Shown here: piece after piece, positions 1 through 13,939 of the stretch
Layout: every line of letters begins with the position of its first letter
Position numbering within the stretch: position 1 is the stretch's first letter
NCBI GenBank assembly: GCA_964247055.1
Contig: OZ176056.1
Location: 9,238,001-9,302,000 of the forward strand
Length of the DNA: 64,000 bases
From: Paragordius varius
Lineage: Eukaryota > Animalia > Nematomorpha
Reading direction: 5' to 3'
Program-made: the position numbers and the translations under genes
Notes under the pieces: generated by a model
What the model was told of the DNA's origin: nothing
The model's input: only the letters and a program-made list of their open reading frames with translations
Database searches by the model: none

Positions 1-2249
1 CCCAATAACTTTTTAGTGTTTCCAACAATCAAACATATATTTTTATCAATCAAATAATTTTTCCAACAATCAAGTTATGTTGCCCAATAACTTTTTAGTG
101 TTTCCAACAATCAAACATATATTTCTATCAATCAAATAATTTTTCCAACAATCAAAATATGTTGCCCAATAACTTTTTAGTGTTTCCAACAATCAAAGAT
201 ATATTTTTATCAATCAAATAATTTTTCCAACAATCAAAATATGTTGCCCAATAACATTTTAGTGTTTTCAACTATTAAACATATATTTTTATCAATCAAA
301 TTTTTCCAACAATCAAAATAGTTGCCTAATAACTTTTTAGTGTTTTCAACAATCAAACATATATTTTTATCAATCAACTAATTTTTCCACCAATCAAAAT
401 ATGTTGCCCAATAATTTTCAGTGTTTCCAACAATCAAACATATATTTTTATCAATCAAATAATTTTTCCAACAATCAAGTTATGTATTGCCCAATAACTT
501 TTCAGTGTTTCCAACAATCAAACATATATTTTTATCAATCAAATAATTTTTCCAATAATCAAAATATGTTGCCCAATAACTTTTTAGTGTTTCCAACAAT
601 CAAACATATATTTCTATCAATCAAATAATTTTTCCAACAATCAAAATATGTTGCCCAATAACTTTTTAGTGTTTCCAACAATCAAACATATATTTTTATC
701 AATCAAATAATTTTTCCAACAATCAAAATATGTTGCCCAATTTAGTGTTTTCAACTATTAAACATATATTTTTATCAATCAAATTTTTCCAACAATCAAA
801 ATAGTTGCCTAATAACTTTTTAGTGTTTTCAACAAACAAACATATATTTTTATCAATCAAATAATTTTTCCAACAATCAAAATATGTTGCCTAAAAACTT
901 TTTAGTGTTTCCAACAATCAAACATATATTTTCAATCAAATAATTTTTCCAACAATCAAGATATGTTGCCCAATAACTTTTTAGTGTTTCCAACAATCAA
1001 ACCTATATTTTTATCAATCAAATAATTTTTCCAATAATCAAAATATGTTGCCCAATAACTTTTTAGTGTTTTCAACAATCAAACATATATTTTTATCAAT
1101 CAAATAATTTTTCCAACAATCAAGTTATGTTGCCCAATAACTTTTTAGTGTTTCCAACAATCAAACATATATTTTTATCAATCAAATAATTTTTCCAACA
1201 ATCAAAATATGTTGCCCAATAACTTTTTAGTGTTTCCAACAATCAAACATATATTTTCAACATTCAAATAATTTTTCCAACAATGAAAATATGTTGCCCA
1301 ATAACTTTTTAGTGTTTCCAACAATCAAACATATATTTTTATCAATCAAATAATTTTTCCAATAATCAAAATATGTTGCCTAATAACTTTTTAGTGTTTC
1401 CAAAATCAAACATATATTTTCAACATTCAAATAATTTTTCCAACAATGAAAATATGTTGCCCAATAACTTTTTAGTGTTTCCAACAATCAAACATATATT
1501 TTTATCAATCAAATAATTTTTCCAATAATCAAAATATGTTGCCTAATAACTTTTTAGTGTTTCCAAAATCAAACATATATTTTCAACATTCAAATAATTT
1601 TTCCAACAATGAAAATATGTTGCCCAATAACTTTTTAGTGTTTCCAACAATCAAACATATATTTTTATCAATCAAATAATTTTTCCAACAATCAAGTTAT
1701 GTTGCCCAATAACTTTTTAGTGTTTCCAACAATCAAACATATATTTTTATCAATCAAATAATTTTTCCAACAATCAAAATATGTTGCCCAATAACTTTTT
1801 AGTGTTTCCAACAATCAAACATATATTTTCAACATTCAAATAATTTTTCCAACAATGAAAATATGTTGCCCAATAACTTTTTAGTGTTTCCAACAATCAA
1901 ACATATATTTTTATCAATCAAATAATTTTTCCAATAATCAAAATATGTTGCCTAATAACTTTTTAGTGTTTCCAACAATCAAACATATATTTTCAACATT
2001 CAAATAATTTTTCTAACAATGAAAATATGTTGCCCAATAACTTTTGAGTGTTTCCAACACTCAAACATATATTTTTATCAATCAAATAATTTTTCCAATA
2101 ATCAAAATATGTTGCCCAATAACTTTTTACTGTTTCCAACAATCAAACATATATTTTCAACATTCAGATAATTTTTCCAACAATCAAAATATGTTGCCCA
2201 ATAACTTTTTAGTGTTTCCAACAATCAAACATATATTTTTATCAATCAA

Positions 2250-4050
2250 ATAATTTTTCCAATAATCAAAATATGTTGCCCAATAACTTTTTACTGTTTC
2301 CAACAATCAAACATATATTTTCAACATTCAGATAATTTTTCCAACAATCAAAATATGTTGCCCAATAACTTTTTAGTGTTTCCAACAATCAAACATATAT
2401 TTTTATCAATCAAATAATTTTTCCAATAATCAAAATATGTTGCCCAATAACTTTTTACTGTTTCCAACAATCAAACATATATTTTCAACATTCAGATAAT
2501 TTTTCCAACAATCAAAATATGTTGCCCAATAACTTTTTAGTGTTTCCAACAATCAAACATATATTTTTATCAATCAAATAATTTTTCCAATAATCAAAAT
2601 ATGTTGCCTAATAACTATTTAGTGTTTCCAACAATCAAACATATATTTTCAACATACAAATAATTTTTCCAACAATCAAAATATGTTGCCCAATAACTTT
2701 TTAGTGTTTCCAACAATCAAACATATATTTTCAACATTCAAATAATTTTTCCAACAATCAAAATATGTTGCCCAATAACTTTTTAGTGTTTCCAACAATC
2801 AAACATATATTTTTATCAATCAAATAATTTTTCCAATAATCAAAATATGTTGCCTAATAACTTTTTAGTGTTTCCAACAATCAAACATATATTTTCAACA
2901 TACAAATAATTTTTCCAACAATCAAAATATGTTGCCCAATAACTTTTTAGTGTTTCCAACAATCAAACATATATTTTTATCAATCAAATAATTTTTCCAA
3001 TAATCAAAATATGTTGCCTAATAACTTTTTAGTGTTTCCAACAATCAAACATATATTTTCAACATTCAAATAATTTTTCCAACAATCAAAATATGTTGCC
3101 CAATAACTTTTTAGTGTTTCCAACAATCAAACATATATTTTTATCAATCAAATAATTTTTCCAATAATCAAAATATGTTGCCCAATAACTTTTTACTGTT
3201 TCCAACAATCAAACATATATTTTCAACATTCAGATAATTTTTCCAACAATCAAAATATGTTGCCCAATAACTTTTTAGTGTTTCCAACAATCAAACATAT
3301 ATTTTTATCAATCAAATAATTTTTCCAATAATCAAAATATGTTGCCCAATAACTTTTTACTGTTTCCAACAATCAAACATATATTTTCAACATTCAGATA
3401 ATTTTTCCAACAATCAAAATATGTTGCCCAATAACTTTTTAGTGTTTCCAACAATCAAACATATATTTTTATCAATCAAATAATTTTTCCAATAATCAAA
3501 ATATGTTGCCTAATAACTATTTAGTGTTTCCAACAATCAAACATATATTTTCAACATACAAATAATTTTTCCAACAATCAAAATATGTTGCCCAATAACT
3601 TTTTAGTGTTTCCAACAATCAAACATATATTTTCAACATTCAAATAATTTTTCCAACAATCAAAATATGTTGCCCAATAACTTTTTAGTGTTTCCAACAA
3701 TCAAACATATATTTTTATCAATCAAATAATTTTTCCAATAATCAAAATATGTTGCCTAATAACTTTTTAGTGTTTCCAACAATCAAACATATATTTTCAA
3801 CATACAAATAATTTTTCCAACAATCAAAATATGTTGCCCAATAACTTTTTAGTGTTTCCAACAATCAAACATATATTTTTATCAATCAAATAATTTTTCC
3901 AATAATCAAAATATGTTGCCTAATAACTTTTTAGTGTTTCCAACAATCAAACATATATTTTCAACATTCAAATAATTTTTCCAACAATCAAAATATGTTG
4001 CCCAATAACTTTTTAGTGTAAACAATCAAACATATATTATCAATCAAATA
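2250..4050. repeat. 11-monomer higher-order repeat (902 bp), two tandem copies, with a third related copy near 5430-6300
   Basis: Rare variants recur at +902: AACTATTTAG (2617/3519) and CATACAAA (2653/3555 and 2899/3801). Boundaries are approximate. Confidence 0.85.
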
Positions 4051-7000
4051 ATTTTTAGAACAATCAAAATATGTTGCCTAATAACTTTTTAGTGTTTCCA
4101 ACAATCAAACATATATTTTCAACATTCAAATAATTTTTCTAACAATCAAAATATGTTGCCCAATAACTTTTTAGTGTAAACAATCAAACATATATTATCA
4201 ATCAAATAATTTTTAGAACAATCAAAATATGTTGCCTAATAACTTTTTAGTGTTTCCAACAATCAAACATATATTTTCAACATTCAAATAATTTTTCCAA
4301 CAATGAAAATATGTTGCCCAATAACTTTATAGTGTTTCCAACAATCAAACATATATTTTTATCAATCAAATAATTTTTCCAATAATCAAAATATGTTGCC
4401 TAATAACTTTTTAGTGTATTAACAATCAAACATATATTTTTATCAATCAAATAATTTTTAGAACAATCAAAATATGTTGCCCAATAACTTTTTAGTGTTT
4501 CCAACAAATAAACATATATTTTTATCAATCAAATAATTTTTACAAAAATCAAATTATGTTGCCCAATAACTTTTTAGTGTTTCCAACAATCAAACATATA
4601 TTTTTATCAATCAAATAATTTTTCCAATAATCAAAATATGTTGCCTAATAACTATTTAGTGTTTCCAACAATCAAACATATATTTTTATCAATCAAATAA
4701 TTTTTCCAACAATCAAAATATGTTGCCTAATAAATTTTTACTGTTTCCAACAATCAAACATATATTTTTATCAATCAAATAATTTTTCCAATAATCAAAA
4801 TATGTTGCCTAATAACTTTTTAGTGTATTAACAATCAAACATATATTTTTATCAATCAAATAATTTTTGGAACAATCAAAATATGTTGCCTAATAACTTT
4901 TTAGTGTATTAACAATCAAACATATATTTTTATCAATCAAATAATTTTTACAAAAATCAAAATATGTTGCCCAATAACTTTTTAGTGTTTCCAACAATCA
5001 AACATATATTTTCAACATTCAAATAATTTTTCCAACAATGAAAATATGTTGCCCAATAACTTTTTAGTGTTTCCAACAAATAAACATATATTTTTATCAA
5101 TCAAATAATTTTTACAAAAATCAAAATATGTTGCCCAATAACTTTTTAGTGTTTCCAACAATCAAACATATATTTTTATCAATCAAATAATTTTTCCAAC
5201 AATCAAAATATGTTGCCTAATAAATTTTTACTGTTTCCAACAATCAAACATATATTTTTATCAATCAAATAATTTTTCCAATAATCAAAATATGTTGCCT
5301 AATAACTTTTTAGTGTATTAACAATCAAACATATATTTTTATCAATCAAATAATTTTTGGAACAATCAAAATATGTTGCCCAATAACTTTTGAGTGTTTC
5401 CAACAATCAAACATATATTTTTATCAATCAAATAATTTTTCCAATAATCAAAATATGTTGCCCAATAACTTTTTACTGTTTCCAACAATCAAACATATAT
5501 TTTCAACATTCAGATAATTTTTCCAACAATCAAAATATGTTGCCCAATAACTTTTTAGTGTTTCCAACAATCAAACATATATTTTTATCAATCAAATAAT
5601 TTTTCCAATAATCAAAATATGTTGCCCAATAACTTTTTACTGTTTCCAACAATCAAACATATATTTTCAACATTCAGATAATTTTTCCAACAATCAAAAT
5701 ATGTTGCCCAATAACTTTTTAGTGTTTCCAACAATCAAACATATATTTTTATCAATCAAATAATTTTTCCAATAATCAAAATATGTTGCCTAATAACTAT
5801 TTAGTGTTTCCAACAATCAAACATATATTTTCAACATACAAATAATTTTTCCAACAATCAAAATATGTTGCCCAATAACTTTTTAGTGTTTCCAACAATC
5901 AAACATATATTTTCAACATTCAAATAATTTTTCCAACAATCAAAATATGTTGCCCAATAACTTTTTAGTGTTTCCAACAATCAAACATATATTTTTATCA
6001 ATCAAATAATTTTTCCAATAATCAAAATATGTTGCCTAATAACTTTTTAGTGTTTCCAACAATCAAACATATATTTTCAACATACAAATAATTTTTCCAA
6101 CAATCAAAATATGTTGCCCAATAACTTTTTAGTGTTTCCAACAATCAAACATATATTTTTATCAATCAAATAATTTTTAGAACAATTAAAATATGTTGCC
6201 CAATAACTTTTTAGTGTTTCCAACAATCAAACATATATTTTCAACATTCAAATAATTTTTCTAACAATCAAAATATGTTGCCCAATAACTTTTTAGTGTA
6301 AACAATCAAACATATATTATCAATCAAATAATTTTTAGAACAATCATAATATGTTGCCCAATAACTTTTTAGTGTTTCCAACAATCAAACATATATTTTC
6401 AACATTCAAATAATTTTTCCAACAATGAAAATATGTTGCCCAATAACTTTATAGTGTTTCCAACAATCAAACATATATTTTTATCAAAATATGTTGCCTA
6501 ATAACTTTTTAGTGTATTAACAATCAAACATATATTTTTATCAATCAAATAATTTTTAGAACAATCAAAATATGTTGCCCAATAACTTTTTAGTGTTTCC
6601 AACAAATAAACATATATTTTTATCAATCAAATAATTTTTACAAAAATCAAATTATGTTGCCCAATAACTTTTTAGTGTTTCCAACAATCAAACATATATT
6701 TTTATCAATCAAATAATTTTTCCAATAATCAAAATATGTTGCCTAATAACTATTTAGTGTTTCCAACAATCAAACATATATTTTTATCAATCAAATAATT
6801 TTTCCAACAATCAAAATATGTTGCCTAATAAATTTTTACTGTTTCCAACAATCAAACATATATTTTTATCAATCAAATAATTTTTCCAATAATCAAAATA
6901 TGTTGCCTAATAACTTTTTAGTGTATTAACAATCAAACATATATTTTTATCAATCAAATAATTTTTGGAACAATCAAAATATGTTGCCTAATAACTTTTT

Positions 7001-7089
7001 AGTGTATTAACAATCAAACATATATTTTTATCAATCAAATAATTTTTACAAAAATCAAAATATGTTGCCCAATAACTTTTTAGTGTTTC

Positions 7090-10000
7090 CAACAATCAAA
7101 CATATATTTTCAACATTCAAATAATTTTTCCAACAATCAAAATATGTTGCCCAATAACTTTTTAGTGTTTCCAACAAATAAACATATATTTTTATCAATC
7201 AAATAATTTTTACAAAAATCAAAATATGTTGCCCAATAACTTTTTAGTGTTTCCAACAATCAAACATATATTTTTATCAATCAAATAATTTTTCCAACAA
7301 TCAAAATATGTTGCCTAATAAATTTTTACTGTTTCCAACAATCAAACATATATTTTTATCAATCAAATAATTTTTCCAATAATCAAAATATGTTGCCTAA
7401 TAACTTTTTAGTGTATTAACAATCAAACATATATTTTTATCAATCAAATAATTTTTGGAACAATCAAAATATGTTGCCTAATAACTTTTTAGTGTATTAA
7501 CAATCAAACATATATTTTTATCAATCAAATAATTTTTACAAAAATCAAAATATGTTGCCCAATAACTTTTTAGTGTTTCCAACAATCAAACATATATTTT
7601 CAACATTCAAATAATTTTTCCAACAATCAAAATATGTTGCCCAATAACTTTATAGTGTTTCCAACAATCAAACATATATTTTTATCAATCAAATAATTTT
7701 TCCAATAATCAAAATATGTTGCCTAATAACTTTTTAGTGTATTAACAATCAAACATATATTTTTATCAATCAAATAATTTTTAAAACAATCAAAATATGT
7801 TGCCCAATAACTTTTTAGTGTTTCCAACAATCAAACATATATTTTTATCAATCAAATAATTTTTACAAAAATCAAAATATGTTGCCCAATAACTTTTTAG
7901 TGTATTAACAATCAAACATATATTTTTATCAATCAAATAATTTTTCCAACAATCAAAATATGTTGCCTAATAAATTTTTACTGTTTCCAACAATCAAACA
8001 TATATTTTTATCAATCAAATAATTTTTCCAATAATCAAAATATGTTGCCTAATAACTTTTTAGTGTATTAACAATCAAACATATATTTTTATCAATCAAA
8101 TAATTTTTGGAACAATCAAAATATGTTGCCTAATAACTTTTTAGTGTATTAACAATCAAACATATATTTTTATCAATCAAATAATTTTTACAAAAATCAA
8201 AATATGTTGCCCAATAACTTTTTAGTGTTTCCAACAATCAAACATATATTTTCAACATTCAAATAATTTTTCCAACAATCAAAATATGTTGCCCAATAAC
8301 TTTATAGTGTTTCCAACAATCAAACATATATTTTTATCAATCAAATAATTTTTCCAATAATCAAAATATGTTGCCTAATAACTTTTTAGTGTATTAACAA
8401 TCAAACATATATTTTTATCAATCAAATAATTTTTAGAACAATCAAAATATGTTGCCCAATAACTTTTTAGTGTTTCCAACAATCAAACATATATTTTTAT
8501 CAATCAAATAATTTTTACAAAAATCAAAATATGTTGCCCAATAACTTTATAGTGTTTCCAACAATCAAACATATATTTTTATCAATCAAATAATTTTTCC
8601 AATAATCAAAATATGTTGCCTAATAACTTTTTAGTGTATTAACAATCAAACATATATTTTTATCAATCAAATAATTTTTAGAACAATCAAAATATGTTGC
8701 CCAATAACTTTTTAGTGTTTCCAACAATCAAACATATATTTTTATCAATCAAATAATTTTTCCAATAATCAAAATATGTTGCCTAATAACTTTTTAGTGT
8801 ATTAACAATTAAACATATATTTTTGTCAATCAAATAATTTTTACAACAATCAAAATAAGTTGCCTAATAACTTTTTAGTATATTAACAATCAAACATATA
8901 TTTTTATCAATCAAATAATTTTTCCAACAATCAAAATATGTTGCCCTATAACTTTTTAGTGTTTCCAACAATCAAACATATATTATCAATCAAATAATTT
9001 TTAGAACAATCAAAATATGTTGCCCAATAACTTTTTAGTGTTTCCAACAATCAAACATATATTTTTATCAATCTAATTTTTCCAACAATCAAAATATGTT
9101 GCCTAATAACTTTTTAGTGTTTCCAACATTCAAACATATATTTTCATCAATCAAATAATTTTAACAATTAAAATATGTTACCGAATAACTTTTTAGTGTT
9201 TCCAACAATCAAACATATATTTTCAACATTCAAATAATTTTTCCAATAATCAAAATATGTTGCCTAATAACTTTTTAGTGTATTAACAATCAAACATATA
9301 TTTTTATCAATCAAATAATTTTTAGAACAATCAAAATATGTTGCCTAATAACTTTTTAGTGTATTAACAATCAAACATATATTTTTATCAATCAAATAAT
9401 TTTTACAAAAATCAAAATATGTTGCCCAATAACTTTTTAGTGTTTTCAACAATCAAACATATATTTTCAACATTCAAATAATTTTTCTAACAATGAAAAT
9501 ATGTTGCCCAATAACTTTTTAGTGTTTCCAACAATCAAACATATATTTTTATCAATCAAATAATTTTTCCAACAATCAAAATATGTTGCCTAATAACTTT
9601 TTAATGTTTTCAACAATTAAACATATATTTTTATCAATCAAATAATTTTTACAAAAATCAAAATATGTTGCCCAATAACTTTTTAGTGTTTCCAACAATC
9701 AAACATATATTTTTATCAATCAAATAATTTTTCCAACAATCAAGCTATGTTGCCCAATAACTTTTAGTGTTTCCAACAATCAAACATATATTTTTATCAA
9801 TCAAATAATTTTTACAACAATCAAAATATGTTGTAACTTTTTAATGTTTTCAACAATTAAACATATATTTTTATCAATCAAATAATTTTTCAACAATCAA
9901 AATATGTTGCCCAATAACATTTTAGTGTTTTCAACAATTAAACATATATTTTTATCAATCAAATAATTTTTAGAACAATTAAAATATGTTGCCCAATAAC

Positions 10001-12860
10001 TTTTTAGTGTTTCCAACAATCAAACATATATTTTCAACATTCAAATAATTTTTCTAACAATAAAAATATGTTGCCCAATAACTTTTTAGTGTTTCCAACA
10101 ATCAAACATATATTTTTATCAATCAAATAATTTTTCCAACAATCAAAATATGTTGCCTAATAACTTTTTAATGTTTTCAACAATTAAACATATATTTTTA
10201 TCAATCAAATAATTTTTAGAACAATTAAAATATGTTGCCCAATAACTTTTTAGTGTTTCCAACAATCAAACATATATTTTCAACATTCAAATAATTTTTC
10301 CAACAATCAAAATATGTTGCCCAATAACTTTTTAGTGTTTCCAACAAATAAACATATATTTTTATCAATCAAATAATTTTTACAAAAATCAAAATATGTT
10401 GCCCAATAACTTTTTAGTGTTTCCAACAATCAAACATATATTTTTATCAATCAAATAATTTTTCCAACAATCAAAATATGTTGCCTAATAAATTTTTACT
10501 GTTTCCAACAATCAAACATATATTTTTATCAATCAAATAATTTTTCCAATAATCAAAATATGTTGCCTAATAACTTTTTAGTGTATTAACAATCAAACAT
10601 ATATTTTTATCAATCAAATAATTTTTGGAACAATCAAAATATGTTGCCTAATAACTTTTTAGTGTATTAACAATCAAACATATATTTTTATCAATCAAAT
10701 AATTTTTACAAAAATCAAAATATGTTGCCCAATAACTTTTTAGTGTTTCCAACAATCAAACATATATTTTCAACATTCAAATAATTTTTCCAACAATCAA
10801 AATATGTTGCCCAATAACTTTATAGTGTTTCCAACAATCAAACATATATTTTTATCAATCAAATAATTTTTCCAATAATCAAAATATGTTGCCTAATAAC
10901 TTTTTAGTGTATTAACAATCAAACATATATTTTTATCAATCAAATAATTTTTAAAACAATCAAAATATGTTGCCCAATAACTTTTTAGTGTTTCCAACAA
11001 TCAAACATATATTTTTATCAATCAAATAATTTTTACAAAAATCAAAATATGTTGCCCAATAACTTTTTAGTGTTTCCAACAATCAAACATATATTTTTAT
11101 CAATCAAATAATTTTTCCAACAATCAAAATATGTTGCCTAATAAATTTTTACTGTTTCCAACAATCAAACATATATTTTTATCAATCAAATAATTTTTCC
11201 AATAATCAAAATATGTTGCCTAATAACTTTTTAGTGTATTAACAATCAAACATATATTTTTATCAATCAAATAATTTTTGGAACAATCAAAATATGTTGC
11301 CTAATAACTTTTTAGTGTATTAACAATCAAACATATATTTTTATCAATCAAATAATTTTTACAAAAATCAAAATATGTTGCCCAATAACTTTTTAGTGTT
11401 TCCAACAATCAAACATATATTTTCAACATTCAAATAATTTTTCCAACAATCAAAATATGTTGCCCAATAACTTTTTAGTGTTTCCAACAATCAAACATAT
11501 ATTTTTATCAATCAAATAATTTTTCCAATAATCAAAATATGTTGCCTAATAACTTTTTAGTGTATTAACAATCAAACATATATTTTTATCAATCAAATAA
11601 TTTTTAGAACAATCAAAATATGTTGCCCAATAACTTTATAGTGTTTCCAACAATCAAACATATATTTTTATCAATCAAATAATTTTTAGAACAATCAAAA
11701 TATGTTGCCCAATAACTTTTTAGTGTTTCCAACAATCAAACATATATTTTTATCAATCAAATAATTTTTCCAATAATCAAAATATGTTGCCTAATAACTT
11801 TTTAGTGTATTAACAATCAAACATATATTTTTATCAATCAAATAATTTTTAGAACAATCAAAATATGTTGCCCAATAACTTTTTAGTGTTTCCAACAATC
11901 AAACATATATTTTTATCAATCAAATAATTTTTACAAAAATCAAAATATGTTGCCCAATAACTTTATAGTGTTTCCAACAATCAAACATATATTTTTATCA
12001 ATCAAATAATTTTTCCAATAATCAAAATATGTTGCCTAATAACTTTTTAGTGTATTAACAATCAAACATATATTTTTATCAATCAAATAATTTTTAGAAC
12101 AATCAAAATATGTTGCCCAATAACTTTTTAGTGTTTCCAACAATCAAACATATATTTTTATCAATCAAATAATTTTTCCAATAATCAAAATATGTTGCCT
12201 AATAACTTTTTAGTGTATTAACAATTAAACATATATTTTTGTCAATCAAATAATTTTTACAACAATCAAAATAAGTTGCCTAATAACTTTTTAGTATATT
12301 AACAATCAAACATATATTTTTATCAATCAAATAATTTTTCCAACAATCAAAATATGTTGCCCTATAACTTTTTAGTGTTTCCAACAATCAAACATATATT
12401 ATCAATCAAATAATTTTTAGAACAATCAAAATATGTTGCCCAATAACTTTTTAGTGTTTCCAACAATCAAACATATATTTTTATCAATCTAATTTTTCCA
12501 ACAATCAAAATATGTTGCCTAATAACTTTTTAGTGTTTCCAACATTCAAACATATATTTTCATCAATCAAATAATTTTAACAATTAAAATATGTTACCAA
12601 ATAACTTTTTAGTGTTTCCAACAATCAAACATATATTTTCAACATTCAAATAATTTTTCCAATAATCAAAATATGTTGCCTAATAACTTTTTAGTGTATT
12701 AACAATCAAACATATATTTTTATCAATCAAATAATTTTTAGAACAATCAAAATATGTTGCCTAATAACTTTTTAGTGTATTAACAATCAAACATATATTT
12801 TTATCAATCAAATAATTTTTACAAAAATCAAAATATGTTGCCCAATAACTTTTTAGTGTT
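7090..12860. repeat. ~2.35-kb satellite block (7090-9440) duplicated at 10260-12860
   Basis: Markers are offset by 3170 in the first part (7171/10341, 7457/10627, 7783/10953) and by 3416 in the second (8825/12241, 8944/12360). The 246-bp difference equals three extra monomers. Confidence 0.85.
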
Positions 12861-13939
12861 TCCAACAATCAAACATATATTTTCAACATTCAAATAATTT
12901 TTCCAACAATCAAAAAATGTTGCCCAATAACTTTTTAGTGTTTTCAACAATCAAACATATATTTTTATCAATCAAATAATTTTTCCAACAATCAAGCTAT
13001 GTTGCCCAATAACTTTTAGTGTTTCCAACAATCAAACATATATTTTCAACATTCAAATAATTTTTCCAACAATCAAAAAATGTTGCCCAATAACTTTTTA
13101 GTGTATTAACAATCAAACATATATTTTTATCAATCAAATAATTTTTCCAACAATCAAGCTATGTTGCCCAATAACTTTTAGTGTTTCCAACAATCAAACA
13201 TATATTTTTATCAATCAAATAATTTTTAGAACAATCAAAATATGTTGCCTAATAACTTTTTAGTGTATTAACAATCAAACATATATTTTTATCAATCAAA
13301 TAATTTTTACAAAAATCAAAATATGTTGCCCAATAACTTTTTAGTGTTTCCAACAATCAAACATATATTTTCAACATTCAAATAATTTTTCCAACAATCA
13401 AAAAATGTTGCCCAATAACTTTTTAGTGTATTAACAATCAAACATATATTTTTATCAATCAAATAATTTTTCCAACAATCAAGCTATGTTGCCCAATAAC
13501 TTTTAGTGTTTCCAACAATCAAACATATATTTTTATCAATCAAATAATTTTTCCAACAATCAAGCTATGTTGCCCAATAACTTTTAGTGTTTCCAACAAT
13601 CAAACATATATTTTTATCAATCAAATAATTTTTCAACAATCAAAATATGTTGCCCAATAACATTTTAGTGTTTTCAACAATTAAACATATATTTTTATCA
13701 ATCAAATAATTTTTAGAACAATTAAAATATGTTGCCCAATAACTTTTTAGTGTTTTCTACAATCAAACATATATTTTTATCAATCAAATAATTTTTTCAA
13801 CAATCAAGTTATGTTGCCCAATAACTTTTTAGTGTTTCCAACAATCAAACATATATTTTTATCAATCAAATAATTTTTCCAACAATCAAAATATGTTGCC
13901 CAATAACTTTTTAGTGTTTCCAACAATCAAACATATATT

